From the IMG/VR virus record IMGVR_UViG_3300036822_000086: 64,000 bases of DNA. One strand, written 5' to 3'. Of this stretch, positions 49,575 through 60,383 are shown in pieces. Below the pieces are notes generated by a model. That model had not been told where the DNA came from. It did not search any database and saw only the letters and a program-made list of their open reading frames with translations. This stretch comes from an uncultured virus (IMG/VR IMGVR_UViG_3300036822_000086) (Duplodnaviria; Heunggongvirae; Uroviricota; Caudoviricetes). Position numbers and translations under genes: made by a program. The first letter of the stretch is position 1; each line of letters begins with the position of its first letter.

Positions 49575-49868
49575 CTAAGATTTCCGCCGCCGCGCGCGCA
49601 GCGCTCGCGCTTTGGTGTCTTTCCATTCGCCTTGCCGCAGCGCGTTCTCGACCGGCGTCCAATCTGACAGTGACTCGGCAATCTTGCGTTTGGCTTCGCG
49701 CTTCGCCTTCAGGCGCCGCGCTACCGCGTCGCTCACCGCCTTGGCTGCCGCGTCGTCGCCGTCCGCCAGAATGCCCTCGTGCAAATCGGCGTCTTCCCGC
49801 CGATTGTTCTTGAGCACGAAGAATTCCTTGGCGACTTTATGCTTTGGGCTTTTTGTTGACGTAGGCAT
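49575..49868 (-). CDS. hypothetical basic protein
   Basis: ORF between the GNAT-like gene and the capsid; start uncertain. Confidence 0.45.
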   Translation of the reverse strand: MPTSTKSPKHKVAKEFFVLKNNRREDADLHEGILADGDDAAAKAVSDAVARRLKAKREAKRKIAESLSDWTPVENALRQGEWKDTKARALRARRRKS

Positions 49869-51432
49869 TGAACCGCGCCATCGTTTCGGAATCATGCAAA
49901 TCAAGAACACCGACCCAATCACTATTCAACAACACATCCTTGCCGTGCTCGCTGTCGGCGATTGCCCATACCGCCTTGGGATCGGAATCGTCGGCTAACT
50001 CGCGTAGCTCTTGCGCGTCGGCTTCATCGATCTCGCCGCTGCCGCTGGTTTCTTCGGGTAGTTCGCCGTTGTCGCTGGCCCAACGAAACTTGTCGCGGTC
50101 GCGCATGCTCGACCAGTACTCGCTTTGTGAATCGCGAATGTTGTCGTGAAAGTGTGGCGGCGGCTCAACGTCGGAGGCATCGCTTTCCGCTTGCTTATTG
50201 AAGCCTCCGACTAAGATGCTTTCAACTTGCTCGCGCTGATCATCGGTCAATTGCGACGTTGTATGATCGTCAATCGTAATGTCTGGGTCTTCGTTGCCGT
50301 CGCCGCGTCGGTCCTTGAAATCAACCGTCGTATTCTCCAACAACGTATCGATCGGGATTAGCGACGCGACCTTGACGGCTTTTTCATTATCGCCCTCACC
50401 GACCGTGATCGTGTGCCCTTCCAGCGCATTACGCGCCCACGTGCTCGATGCCAGGAACGTATCCGCCAAGTTTTGCTTGGCTTGCGCGAGATCGCCGCCG
50501 CTGTCGCGCCAGTTCTCGACTTCGCTCTCGTAAAACTCATCTTCACTGGCGCGCGCCCAGGCGTTGAAAACACTGTCGTGCTGGTCCTCGCTCATTTCCT
50601 CCCAGCTACTCGGCTCATAACCGCTGCCGCCGCCCGCGAGTTCATCGATCTTGTCGTTGATGCTGCCGCTGAGATTGCGCCAACTCTCGTCGGTCGGCAC
50701 GTAGCCGTATTTAGCCCAGGCGTAGCCGCCGACGTCGATGTTGGCATGCACTTCCACTTCACTGAGCCCGAGCTTTTGATACATGGCGACGTTGGCTGCG
50801 AGCATCTGTTTGCCGAGGCCGCCTCCGGTTTTGTTGAGCTTGAAGTAGTCGCTCTCTGCTCGGTTTTCGGCGAAATCAATCGTGCGCGTGTATTCACCAA
50901 TCGAGGCGCCATCGGCATCCTGCAACTTGCCGGTCAGCGTCCATACATCGCCGTTGTCGTTGCTCTTGATCGTCATGGTCGCGGGCATTCCGCCGAGAAA
51001 TTCTTTTTTGAATTCGGCGGGCGCTTCGCGAACGTTTTCGTTCCAGTGCTCCAGAAACTTGTCGGCCTTCTCCTTGTCGCTGCGCACATCGCTCGCCAGC
51101 GTGACCTGATCCTTGGCAAAGTCATCGAGCTTGTTCTTGCCCTTGGCCGGCGGCAGCGGCGGCAATTCGGGGAACAACTCGCCCTGTGCTGGCTTGCTGT
51201 CGTCGCTCCCACCATCACCGCCACCAGCGGTCCACTTGCCGCTCGGATCGCGCGGCTCGTCGGGATCGAACTTATTGATGACCGCCAGCGCGCGGGCTTT
51301 CAATTCCCGCCACTTGGCGCGGCGCAAACTCATCGGACTAATCGCGGCAGACTGTCGCAGCGAGTTCATCAACAACAACGTGCTTTTCTGTTCCAACTTT
51401 GCGCGATTGCGCTTCATTAACTCAATGTTCAT
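49837..51432 (-). CDS. acidic protein with PRDxxGKW motif and GNAT-like domain
   Basis: FDPDEPRDPSGKWTAGG; GGGLGKQML...VEVHANIDVGGYAWAKYGY. Confidence 0.65.
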   Translation of the reverse strand: MNIELMKRNRAKLEQKSTLLLMNSLRQSAAISPMSLRRAKWRELKARALAVINKFDPDEPRDPSGKWTAGGGDGGSDDSKPAQGELFPELPPLPPAKGKNKLDDFAKDQVTLASDVRSDKEKADKFLEHWNENVREAPAEFKKEFLGGMPATMTIKSNDNGDVWTLTGKLQDADGASIGEYTRTIDFAENRAESDYFKLNKTGGGLGKQMLAANVAMYQKLGLSEVEVHANIDVGGYAWAKYGYVPTDESWRNLSGSINDKIDELAGGGSGYEPSSWEEMSEDQHDSVFNAWARASEDEFYESEVENWRDSGGDLAQAKQNLADTFLASSTWARNALEGHTITVGEGDNEKAVKVASLIPIDTLLENTTVDFKDRRGDGNEDPDITIDDHTTSQLTDDQREQVESILVGGFNKQAESDASDVEPPPHFHDNIRDSQSEYWSSMRDRDKFRWASDNGELPEETSGSGEIDEADAQELRELADDSDPKAVWAIADSEHGKDVLLNSDWVGVLDLHDSETMARFNAYVNKKPKA

Positions 51433-51588
51433 CGTGTCAACACCCGCTGTTCACACGCGATAAACCCTTATGCCATGCGGACTTGTTGTTGTAGAACCGC
51501 GCCAGATTGCAAATTTGCATAACCCGCAATGCTACACTACGCGCACGTTCGGTCATGGTGACCGAGCGGGCTATTTGAAAGAGCAAAC

Positions 51589-52077
51589 ATGAAACCGAAG
51601 ACCAAACTGACTCCGCGCGAGCGGCGTCACGCCAAGATGGTTGCCACGCTCACGCGCTGGCACAAGAAGTTGGATCAGGCCAATAAGGCCATCGCCAAGG
51701 CGGTGGTGATCATCCCCAAGTTGGAGCGCCAGTTGCGGCGCTATGACGAAGCGCTGGCGAATGCTCCACTTCCTGAACCGAAGCTGAGCGTGGCGACGCC
51801 ACCGATAGCTGATCGCGGTGCGGCAGCGCCGCCACCTTTGCCATCGGCCACCACGACGTTAACCGATGACGACGCCGGCATTCCCGACTTCCTGCGTCGC
51901 GTCCCCAATGCGGCAGACGAGGCGGCGAGAGTCGAGATCACCGCAGACCAAGCCGAGCGCAAGGCGGCCAAGAAGCGGGCCAGCGCCGAGCGCCGCAAGG
52001 CGAATGTGAGCGGCGAGCGCCGCCGCATGCCGCTGCTAGGCAAGGAAGCGCTCGCCGCGATCGACGCCGGGGACTAG
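51589..52077 (+). CDS. hypothetical protein, moron-like antisense gene
   Basis: Own AT-richer upstream region; GIPDFLRR motif. Confidence 0.65.
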   Translation: MKPKTKLTPRERRHAKMVATLTRWHKKLDQANKAIAKAVVIIPKLERQLRRYDEALANAPLPEPKLSVATPPIADRGAAAPPPLPSATTTLTDDDAGIPDFLRRVPNAADEAARVEITADQAERKAAKKRASAERRKANVSGERRRMPLLGKEALAAIDAGD

Positions 52078-52139
52078 GACACCCGGCGTCCAAACGGCAG
52101 GCATAGGACCGTCGCGAGATGGACGTGCCTGCCGGTTTG

Positions 52140-52958
52140 CTATTTGCCGCGATTGTCGAACCAACCGAAGGTGAAGATTTGCAGCGATGTTCTAGCCGCG
52201 TCCGTTTGCACCATGATTTGTGCAGATGTGTTTGTTTGGATGGAAACATTCACACCGTTCTGCAACGTTGTATTCTGTCCTAAGGTTATTGGCATTGTGG
52301 TTGTGTTGGTGTCGTCTGGTGACTGAACCCTGCTCCAACCAGCAGTGCCATAAAATGACTGAAGGTTAATTTCGGCTATAACTCTAACACCTGTGGGAAC
52401 ACTGATCACGAACGCCGTCAGCGTGTTGCTGAAACTGGTTCCCGACGGCCAGTCTTGAATATGCGACGTCCAGATAAAATGATCGCCGACTTGCAGGAAC
52501 GCCAGGATGTGCGCAGACGCGTCAGTCTTGATTGATCCAATGCGCCGCTTCACGTTGTAAGGCGTCGGTAGCGTTACTCCTAACGTAGTGGAAATACATA
52601 TATCCACTACGTTTGTGTCAGTTCGCTGCATCAGCCAAACATGGTACCAAGTATTGGCAATCAGCGTACTGCCCGTGACGAGCGCGCCATTACCCGATCC
52701 AACCACCCACGGAGCATTGCAGTTCTTGGTGAACGCTGTTGCCAGCGTCATCATCGTCGTGCCGTCATCCGAGCAAGCAGTGCCCGGTGCGATGTCAAGC
52801 ACGGTAGCTGGCGTCGTCGCGTCGTTGGCGAGCGTCAGGCCGCCGAGATAGTTCAGGATAGGAGCACCGCCGGAAGGCCCAGCAGGGCCAGTCTGTCCTA
52901 TCGAACCGGGACTACCGTGCTCGCCCGCGAGGTTGACGTTCCAATCGCTCGGCATCAT
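52140..52958 (-). CDS. fibre-like protein, paralog of the C-terminus of 52955-55177
   Basis: [18 protein letters not shown]...KRRIGSI...GW.D.RGK shared. Confidence 0.75.
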   Translation of the reverse strand: MMPSDWNVNLAGEHGSPGSIGQTGPAGPSGGAPILNYLGGLTLANDATTPATVLDIAPGTACSDDGTTMMTLATAFTKNCNAPWVVGSGNGALVTGSTLIANTWYHVWLMQRTDTNVVDICISTTLGVTLPTPYNVKRRIGSIKTDASAHILAFLQVGDHFIWTSHIQDWPSGTSFSNTLTAFVISVPTGVRVIAEINLQSFYGTAGWSRVQSPDDTNTTTMPITLGQNTTLQNGVNVSIQTNTSAQIMVQTDAARTSLQIFTFGWFDNRGK

Positions 52959-55177
52959 TTGCCCCGGTAGTCGATCCAACCTCGTGTGATCAAGTAAAAA
53001 CCATTACCAGCAGCGACTGCTGAGAACATAATTTGTTGACTGGTATTGGTGCGAATTCGCAGTTCCACGGCCCCACCCGCCGCAGCAGCAACCCATACTG
53101 TGATGTTACCGGGCGGCACAGTATTATTCGCATTTCCTGATGCATCCGGTGCGTACAGAGTGGGATACACAACAAGGCCGCTTGGAGCGCAGTAGATTTG
53201 ATAGATGCCGATCACTTTCAGCCCAGGCGGGACCGACGTTAGTTCAGGAACAGTTGTGTTTGCATTCCAAGATGCGTTGTTAAGATTGGCAATTGGAGTG
53301 ACCCATAAAAATTCGTCACCAAATTGGCTGAATGGAATAATGGTTGCTGAAGCGCTGGTCGCAATCGAACCAATACGGCGCTTCTTCGTGTAGTTGGTTG
53401 GCAGTGTTGGCGACGCTAGGCTAGTCGAGATCAGCACGTCAACAACTTGCGTATCGGTGCGTGTAATCAGGAAGACGTGATACCAAGCGTTGGCAGCTAA
53501 CGCCGAGCCGCTATCCAGCGCGCCATTGCCTGAACCGACTGCCCAGGCGGCATTGCAGTTCTTGGTGAAGTTTGCCGCCACCAGCGGCATTGATGTCGTG
53601 TTGTCGTCCGACGTCGCACAACCGGTCGCGATATTAAGAACCGTCGCAGGCGTTGTCGCGTTGTTCGCCAGCGTGAGCCCACCGAGATAATTCGGCAGCG
53701 TCGGGAACGGATAGGGCGAGATGTCGGTGCTGAGTAGATCGATATTCAGCGACAGCGATGTGCCGCTGTAGGCGGTGACTGGTCCCTCCATCCATTGCGT
53801 CGGCGCGCTGTTTGACGCCAGCCGCACGCGCGCGCCGACCGTGTAGGCCAAGCCCGCTTGCGTCGCGATCGTGATCGGCCCGCGCGCCAGCGGCAAATTC
53901 GTGGTGCTGGTCGCCTCGTAGCCCGGGCCTCCCGGGCCCGTAGAACCTGCCGGACCTGTTGATCCAGCGGGTCCCGCAGAACCAGTAGGACCTGGATTGC
54001 CCTGAGGACCTTGAGGACCGGCCGATCCTGTTGCACCCGTTGAACCTTGCGGACCCGTCGCGCCTTGCGGACCCTGAGGCCCGGTCTGCTGTAGTACAGC
54101 GATCATATTGACGGCGTAGCCAGCATTCGCCGTGCTTTGAAATACGCTCGTTCCTCCGGGCACCAACCCCTGAACGCTGATTGTGTCAGTCGTTCCGTTG
54201 CAATAAATTAGCGCCGACAAACTGACTGGCTGAATAGCTCCTGTGCCAGCATATTCGCGAATAGATTGGGTTTCTGCATTTGTTAATGAGCCATTTTTTA
54301 GAATTGCAATGCCGTAGGCATTACCGCTTTGTTGATTGAAAGCTATTGAGGCACTGACTGCATAGACACCAGCAATTGTTGGTGTAAACAAACCGGTTGA
54401 TGGGTTATAAGCATTCTGAAGATCAGTAACCTTGGTATCGTACTTATGAGTATTCCAAGCTCCGACAGCTAGACCGGTTTGATTTGCATTAAGACTGACT
54501 TCCAATGTGATGTTGGCTGCGGTTCCTGTTCCACCGCCTGTTGGTGTTTGCCAGAGCGTATCATAATTAGTTGACGAGTTCTTGGTCAGGACTTGACCGG
54601 TGGCGCCGCCCGTGGGCACGCCGGGACCTGTTGCTCCGGGGCTACCAGCCGGCCCCGGCGAGCCGGTGGCGCCTGTGTTGCCGGTGGCGCCCTGCGGGCC
54701 TTGTGGGCCGGCGGGTCCTGTTGTGCCTTGCGGGCCAGCGGGACCAGCGGGCCCAGGCGGCCCTTGCGGTCCAGGCGGTCCGGCTGTTCCGCCGCCACCA
54801 CCGCCGCCACTGGCGTTTGTTAGATCGGTGTACTGTTCTTCAGTCCACGCGGCGCCGCCCCAGTGAAACTTGCAGATGCACGGCACGCTGATGGTGCGGC
54901 TGACGCCGCCGAGCATCTGTAGCGTCGCGCTCTGCACCAGCACGATCGGCTGCGTCGGCGACGTCGGCGTGAAGGTGACGAGCTTGGTGCAGAACCAGGG
55001 CACCCCGTCATCATCGATCGGGCCGGGCCCGAGCGAGTAGATGTAGCCGTTGCCGCTGATGCTGACTCGGTTCGAGTCAACGCTGTCATCGGACGGGGCA
55101 ATGGCGACCGTGTTGCCGACTGGCAACGGAACTGATGGCGCATCACCATGCGCGCAATCCCACGCAGCAAACGCCAT
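52955..55177 (-). CDS. collagen/C1q-like multidomain fibre protein
   Basis: Two Gly-X-Y tracts; [17 protein letters not shown]1q-like motif. Confidence 0.78.
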   Translation of the reverse strand: MAFAAWDCAHGDAPSVPLPVGNTVAIAPSDDSVDSNRVSISGNGYIYSLGPGPIDDDGVPWFCTKLVTFTPTSPTQPIVLVQSATLQMLGGVSRTISVPCICKFHWGGAAWTEEQYTDLTNASGGGGGGGTAGPPGPQGPPGPAGPAGPQGTTGPAGPQGPQGATGNTGATGSPGPAGSPGATGPGVPTGGATGQVLTKNSSTNYDTLWQTPTGGGTGTAANITLEVSLNANQTGLAVGAWNTHKYDTKVTDLQNAYNPSTGLFTPTIAGVYAVSASIAFNQQSGNAYGIAILKNGSLTNAETQSIREYAGTGAIQPVSLSALIYCNGTTDTISVQGLVPGGTSVFQSTANAGYAVNMIAVLQQTGPQGPQGATGPQGSTGATGSAGPQGPQGNPGPTGSAGPAGSTGPAGSTGPGGPGYEATSTTNLPLARGPITIATQAGLAYTVGARVRLASNSAPTQWMEGPVTAYSGTSLSLNIDLLSTDISPYPFPTLPNYLGGLTLANNATTPATVLNIATGCATSDDNTTSMPLVAANFTKNCNAAWAVGSGNGALDSGSALAANAWYHVFLITRTDTQVVDVLISTSLASPTLPTNYTKKRRIGSIATSASATIIPFSQFGDEFLWVTPIANLNNASWNANTTVPELTSVPPGLKVIGIYQIYCAPSGLVVYPTLYAPDASGNANNTVPPGNITVWVAAAAGGAVELRIRTNTSQQIMFSAVAAGNGFYLITRGWIDYRGK

Positions 55178-55472
55178 TGCTCATCACGGATATGAAGGCC
55201 GACGCGGACGTCGTGCGTTCGTATTGTTGATGAAAGGTCATGCCCGCGAGGGCGAGGACGAAAATTGCCAGCGCGGCGAGGATCAGTACAATCAACCAAA
55301 ACCAGAATATATGATCCCGATGGAGAGACATAAAAGGTGCCGCTGTTTATCGGGCCTATCGCGACCCGAAGGGCACGGTGCGAGCACCACAGCGCGCGGC
55401 TCTCCCCTTCGGCTATGCAGAGTGCGAGGCCGCACGTATGCGGCCCCGCTGTTTGTTTGCTGAATGAATCAG

Positions 55473-56171
55473 CTACGCAGGTTTGGGTTGCCCCGGAGGC
55501 TGTTCGGCGATCGGGTGCGTCGGCTGCGGCGGTGGCGGCGAGATCAAAAACCAGACGCCACCAACACCAACGACGTAGACATGCACCAACGCCTTGTCGC
55601 CTGTATCTGGCGCACCTGGATGCGGCGGGATGACGATCGGGTGCGTTGGTGACAAGCCGTCGCCCGGTTCCGGTGGTTCCGTGTCTGGAGGAAGCGGAAT
55701 GTAGATCGGCGGTGTCGGCATCGGCACATTGCCACCACCCCAAAAGCCGGGAGGCTGCCCGCCCGGTGCGATCGGATGCGACGGATGACCGGGGCTCGGC
55801 CAGATGCCGGGAGGCGGACCACCCGGGGCGATCGGGTGTCCTGGCCACGGGATCGGCGCACCGCCCCAGATGCCGGGAGGTTGACCGCCGGGCGCGATCG
55901 GGTGCGACGGCCAGCCCGGCACGCCATATCCTGGATCGACCGGGCCTTGCCCTGGAGGCGTTGGCCATACGCCGGGCGGGATCGGGTGGCTTACCCATGG
56001 CGGCGGGCCACCGGGCGCAATCGGATGCGACGGATAGCCGGGACCGGGCCAGATGCCCGGAGGCGGACCGCCGGGCGCGATCGGGTGCGAGGGCCAGCCC
56101 GGCACGCCGAACCCTGGATCAACAGGGCCGCCGCCGCCGAGTGGCGTAATCAAAGCAAGAAACGGTTGCAT
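55473..56171 (-). CDS. proline-rich repeat protein
   Basis: Repeats PSHPIAPGG.PPGIW and GPVDPG.GVPGW; AAGGGA RBS. Confidence 0.75.
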   Translation of the reverse strand: MQPFLALITPLGGGGPVDPGFGVPGWPSHPIAPGGPPPGIWPGPGYPSHPIAPGGPPPWVSHPIPPGVWPTPPGQGPVDPGYGVPGWPSHPIAPGGQPPGIWGGAPIPWPGHPIAPGGPPPGIWPSPGHPSHPIAPGGQPPGFWGGGNVPMPTPPIYIPLPPDTEPPEPGDGLSPTHPIVIPPHPGAPDTGDKALVHVYVVGVGGVWFLISPPPPQPTHPIAEQPPGQPKPA

Positions 56172-56259
56172 TTTGAGAGTCCCTTCTTCGGTTTGTTTGA
56201 CTTTCCAAGCTTCGGGTAGTTGCCTCAATTCCCAGTTTCTTATTGGGGGCCCGTGACGT

Positions 56260-56496
56260 CTACGTGAATGCGCCGTCCCTAAGTTGCGCAATAACTTGCC
56301 TGACTTCGGCCGCGCGCCCACGCGCGATCATTTGCGCCGCCGTCAGCCCGTCGAATAATTTATGCTTCGCGAACAGCCACGTGTTGGCTTCCATCGGCGT
56401 GTAGAACGCCTGCTCGCACAGGAAGTCGTTCATGCGTTGTAGCTCGGAAAAGTAGCTCCAACCGAGGTTGCCGCCGTTAGGCTTCGCTGTCGTCAT
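56260..56496 (-). CDS. Xre/MbcA/ParS C-terminal antitoxin-like protein
   Basis: EANTWLFAKHKLFDGLTAAQMIARGRAAEVRQVIAQL. Confidence 0.7.
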   Translation of the reverse strand: MTTAKPNGGNLGWSYFSELQRMNDFLCEQAFYTPMEANTWLFAKHKLFDGLTAAQMIARGRAAEVRQVIAQLRDGAFT

Positions 56497-56728
56497 TGTC
56501 GTCGTCCCGCTCGGGTCGAATGAGCCGCTTCGGCTTGCCGGTGATTTCCGACCGCGTCAGCGTGCGACAGATGGTTGCCGTGTAGCCGCGCCGTTTCAGT
56601 TCCGCCCGCAGCGAATGCACCGAGAGGCCGATTGCCCAACGCAGGATCGGTGCGGAAACCCGCACCATATCGTCCTCGTCAACGACGAGGCCGGCGACGA
56701 AACCCGGTCCAGTGATGCGCAGCAGCAT
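56477..56728 (-). CDS. small phage protein
   Basis: FVAGLVV...APILRWAIG. Confidence 0.65.
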   Translation of the reverse strand: MLLRITGPGFVAGLVVDEDDMVRVSAPILRWAIGLSVHSLRAELKRRGYTATICRTLTRSEITGKPKRLIRPERDDDNDDSEA

Positions 56729-56731
56729 GCC

Positions 56732-56941
56732 TTATGGGGCATACAGCAAACCGGTGTCGTGGTCGCGGCAAATCTCGACGTTACCCACCTGAAAAATGTC
56801 TAGCCCTTTCGCGCTGCACTTTCCCGCTTGCTCGACCGAGCCTGTGTGCGCGAAGTAGTACAAGGCGACCAAGCCGGCGATGATGATCAGCAGCGCCGCC
56901 ACCAGATGTCTGCGTTTGATACGATCGCGGAAGTCGGCCAT
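56732..56941 (-). CDS. small membrane protein
   Basis: One TM helix; ATG 1 nt from the end of array 5. Confidence 0.6.
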   Translation of the reverse strand: MADFRDRIKRRHLVAALLIIIAGLVALYYFAHTGSVEQAGKCSAKGLDIFQVGNVEICRDHDTGLLYAP

Positions 56942-56942
56942 G

Positions 56943-57002
56943 GGCGTTGACGGAGACGCTGACGAAGACGAGGGCGAGGCCGATGACGATGACGGCGACG
57001 CA
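56943..57002 (-). repeat. hexamer array 5, 10 units
   Basis: ggcgtt gacgga gacgct gacgaa gacgag ggcgag gccgat gacgat gacggc gacgca; fills an intergenic gap. Confidence 0.85.
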
Positions 57003-57007
57003 GATGT

Positions 57008-58117
57008 TTAGACTATCCCGACAATCTGCTGTAACGCGCTCGCCCAGTCATCCGGCGCGCGCTGGCAGCACAGTCGCATGTTCGCGTATATCGGCGCCCG
57101 CCAGCGCCAACTGTGCCAGTATGACAACAGCCCGATCACATGCGGATGATCGATGGCGCCCGCGAGATGCAGCGCCGCCGTATCGATGCTGACAATCGTA
57201 TCGAGCGCCAGCATCACATCGGCACACTCGGCGAAATCCGCAAACGGCAACGTGCGGATACCGAACGCATGTGCCGTTTCGGCGTCTTGTTGCTGCACCG
57301 AAACCAATTCGACGTCGGCGCCGAAATGCTCGACCAGCATCGGCAGCGGGATTTGCCGGGGATAATCTTGGTCATTCGGCACGCCGACCGACCACGCAAT
57401 GCCGACCGTGCGCTTCCCGTTCTTGATGCCGGCGCGCGGCTGCGCGCGCAGATACGGGGCGCACGCCATCGCCGGAGGCTCAATGCCGAGCGCGTGCAAC
57501 AGCAGCAGCATCGAGCAGAAGAATTCGGCGCCCTCGAATGTGTCAACAACTTCACCGCATTGGCCGGCGAGGCTGCGTAGCTCCGGTGGCATCAACATGC
57601 TGGCGTGTATGCCCATGCGCTGCAACAGCGGCACAAACCGCAGCGCCATGATGCTGTCACCAAAGCCGTGATCGTGAATGAGCAACAGCCGCTTGCCGCT
57701 GATGTTCTCGCCGCGCCATTCCCGCAATCCGTGGCGCTGTGCCTGTTCGCTCATTGGCCGGGTATAAATCGATCGCTCGGAGGCTGCATATTCCGCAAAC
57801 CCAGCGCGCCAGTGTCCGAGCGACAACAGGATGATTGCGCGATTGAGCCGCGCGCGCAGCGTGTTCATCACATCGATGGCGGCGTCGATCTCGTCCAGCG
57901 CCGCGTTGAAGTGCGTGGCGCGGCAGTGCGCCATCGCGGCGTTGAAGTGATGCAGATACGCGTCAATGCGCCCCTGGCTCGGCTTTGGAACCGTCAGTTG
58001 GTGGCCGCTATCGTCCTTGACGATCTCGCGCAGCGGCCCGGCCACGTTCCACAGTTCGCCGTCGTCGGTCAGACCGCGCCAGCCTTGCTCCGTCAATTCA
58101 CAGGCCAGAACTTCCAA
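57008..58117 (-). CDS. TPR + GT9-like glycosyltransferase
   Basis: GKRLLLIHDHGFGDSIMALRF, VGIAWS, LDTIVSIDTAALHLAGA. Confidence 0.85.
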   Translation of the reverse strand: MEVLACELTEQGWRGLTDDGELWNVAGPLREIVKDDSGHQLTVPKPSQGRIDAYLHHFNAAMAHCRATHFNAALDEIDAAIDVMNTLRARLNRAIILLSLGHWRAGFAEYAASERSIYTRPMSEQAQRHGLREWRGENISGKRLLLIHDHGFGDSIMALRFVPLLQRMGIHASMLMPPELRSLAGQCGEVVDTFEGAEFFCSMLLLLHALGIEPPAMACAPYLRAQPRAGIKNGKRTVGIAWSVGVPNDQDYPRQIPLPMLVEHFGADVELVSVQQQDAETAHAFGIRTLPFADFAECADVMLALDTIVSIDTAALHLAGAIDHPHVIGLLSYWHSWRWRAPIYANMRLCCQRAPDDWASALQQIVGIV

Positions 58118-58147
58118 TCAACCCTCCAATGGCTGAATCGCCATGGC

Positions 58148-59773
58148 CTACCCTATCATCGCCATCGGATCAAACGCCGGCTGCGCCCGCGTCAGCGCCA
58201 GATTGAGCGCCATCGACATCGCCACCAGCGCATCGATGCGGCCGCCCGATTTGCTCTTGTCGAACTTGCGACCGCCGGCCGGATCGCGCGACACCACGGC
58301 ATTGAGCGCGCACATTGTTAGAACCGGATGCAGACCGTGGCGTAGCTTTTTCTGTGTCACCAACCGTTCAGTAATATCAACCGCCGCAGTCATATCTTTG
58401 AATCCCTGGCCGTGCGGTTCAAGAACAATGCTCAGCCCGATCGCATCCAACTCGCGCTTGAGATCGCCAATGCGCCAACGGTCGAACCCGAGCGATTCGA
58501 TATGATTGATTCCGTTGATCTCGCCGATCTTGTTGGCAATCACGCGCGGATCGGTGGCCACGCCCATTGGATAGATCAAGCCTTGCCGTGCCCATGTTTC
58601 GTAGGGGACCTTGTCTTCGCTTTCGCGCTCTTTCAAATTGCCGGGTATCCAACAATAGGGCTGCACGTGATAGACGCCATTGGCATCGCCCCAGCAAATC
58701 ACCAGCGCCGACAAGTCGCGCGTGGCACCGAGATCGAGCCCGGCATACACGCGCACGCCCTGTGGGATTTCCGCCGCCTCGCCGCAGGTACGCCAAACAA
58801 CACTGGTCAGGAACCGCGTCTCGGCCGCTACTCTCTGATTGAGAACCAAGTTCCTGAAACTGTTCTCGCGCGCCGGCATGCTCTGCGCTTGCTTCGCCAT
58901 GCGCCGCACGTGGTCGAGCGAGAGAAAGTCATCGAGTGCCGGATTGGCTTTCTTCCAGGCGGCTTTGCTCCATGGATCGGCGGTGTCTGGCGCCGCGTAC
59001 AACGTCAAATGAAAAGCCGGGTCTTTGATGGCGCCGTCTTTGACCCGCACGCCGTAATCAATCAATTGACTGAGCGGGGCGAAGTCATCGGCGGCCTGCG
59101 TGCTGATGACCAACAACAACGGGTCCTTGCGCGCGCCTAGTGCGCTGTCCATCGCATCAAACAAATCGCGATCAGAGGCTTGGCCAAGCTCGTCATACAC
59201 AACCATGGATGGGTTAAAACCCATTTTCGTTTTTGCCTCGCGCGACAATGCCTGATAGATCGAGCCGTTCTCCACGTCCTCGATCTCTTTGCGAAACCGG
59301 ATGATGTTGCATCTTGCCGACAGCCATTCGTGGCCGCTGATCAACGCCACCATCTCGCTGAAAATCTTCGATGCCTGATTGCGATCATTGGCGCACGAGT
59401 AGACTTCGCCGCGCGTTTCACTTTCTGGTCCGCACAAGTGACACAGTGCCAGCGCCGCTGCTAACTGTGTCTTCCCATTTTTTCTTCCCATACTGAGCAC
59501 GGCCGTGCGAACTGCCCGGATGCCGTGGCGGTTTTGCTGATAGATTTCGCGAATGAATTCAATTTGCCAATCGCGCAGCTTCATCTTCTTGTTGGCATCC
59601 TTGCCTTGCGTGATCTTCAGGCTTTCAATGAACGCTATAACCTTGTCTGACCTACCTATCACCTTCGATTGCCAGGGCATCTCCGCATCGCGAAATATCG
59701 CTAACCGGCGCTGACGTTCCTTCCAAGTCAGCGCACCGTCCGGGCCGGTGGCGTGAATACCGCGAAGTCCCAT
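58148..59773 (-). CDS. terL: terminase large subunit
   Basis: GRKNGKT Walker A, VVYDELG Walker B, ISTQ, AGLDLG, RIDALVA. Confidence 0.95.
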   Translation of the reverse strand: MGLRGIHATGPDGALTWKERQRRLAIFRDAEMPWQSKVIGRSDKVIAFIESLKITQGKDANKKMKLRDWQIEFIREIYQQNRHGIRAVRTAVLSMGRKNGKTQLAAALALCHLCGPESETRGEVYSCANDRNQASKIFSEMVALISGHEWLSARCNIIRFRKEIEDVENGSIYQALSREAKTKMGFNPSMVVYDELGQASDRDLFDAMDSALGARKDPLLLVISTQAADDFAPLSQLIDYGVRVKDGAIKDPAFHLTLYAAPDTADPWSKAAWKKANPALDDFLSLDHVRRMAKQAQSMPARENSFRNLVLNQRVAAETRFLTSVVWRTCGEAAEIPQGVRVYAGLDLGATRDLSALVICWGDANGVYHVQPYCWIPGNLKERESEDKVPYETWARQGLIYPMGVATDPRVIANKIGEINGINHIESLGFDRWRIGDLKRELDAIGLSIVLEPHGQGFKDMTAAVDITERLVTQKKLRHGLHPVLTMCALNAVVSRDPAGGRKFDKSKSGGRIDALVAMSMALNLALTRAQPAFDPMAMIG

Positions 59774-59851
59774 TGTCTACATCCGGTTGACAAGAGCAGC
59801 ACAGACCAGCACGATCACGAATTGGCAAAAAGCCCGGAGCGAAAATCCCCA

Positions 59852-60334
59852 ATGAATGACCCACACCGCGAACTGCGCGCCATGATCGAGTCCGCCAGCC
59901 AGTGGGCCGATGATCAGTTCGCGGTGCACGGGCTGATCTTGCCGATGTGGCATATCTTGTCCGGCAGCGGGAAAAACATGCTTCTGCCCGCGCCGCCCTA
60001 CGACAAAGACATCAGCGCCGCGATCATGCGGGAGGCGCTGAAAATATTCGAGGCCATCCGCTACGTGTTCATGGACGAAGCGTGGGTGGTCGAATTCAGA
60101 GGCGATGAAGCCGTCGAAGAAGCGGCTAAGGCGAGCGATCTCAGCACGCATCCGCGCCGCGTCGAAGTCGTGATGTTCTCAGGTGAGGATCACGCGGGTG
60201 AACTGCTCGGCAAACGCCGCATCGAACGCCCGGCGAAGGGCAAGGCTTATCTCGGTCCGCTTGAGTTTGAGGAATACAAGGTCAGCGAAGGGCGGCTGGT
60301 CGGCATGCTGCCGCAACGCGGCGCGCGCAATTAA
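59852..60334 (+). CDS. hypothetical protein
   Basis: GGAG RBS; YVFMDEAW...HPRRVEVV. Confidence 0.7.
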   Translation: MNDPHRELRAMIESASQWADDQFAVHGLILPMWHILSGSGKNMLLPAPPYDKDISAAIMREALKIFEAIRYVFMDEAWVVEFRGDEAVEEAAKASDLSTHPRRVEVVMFSGEDHAGELLGKRRIERPAKGKAYLGPLEFEEYKVSEGRLVGMLPQRGARN

Positions 60335-60383
60335 AACCCCGGAGGACCAGACCGATGCCGCGAGTAATATTACTGTACGGGCC

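Noticed and set aside
52140..53700. Diversity-generating retroelement TR/VR pair
   Set aside because: No reverse transcriptase in the window, and differences between the paralogs are not adenine-specific.
17750..59464. Numerous long + strand ORFs opposite the structural genes
   Set aside because: Antisense shadows typical of high-GC coding DNA; only 38767-39312 and 51589-52077 occupy their own gaps.
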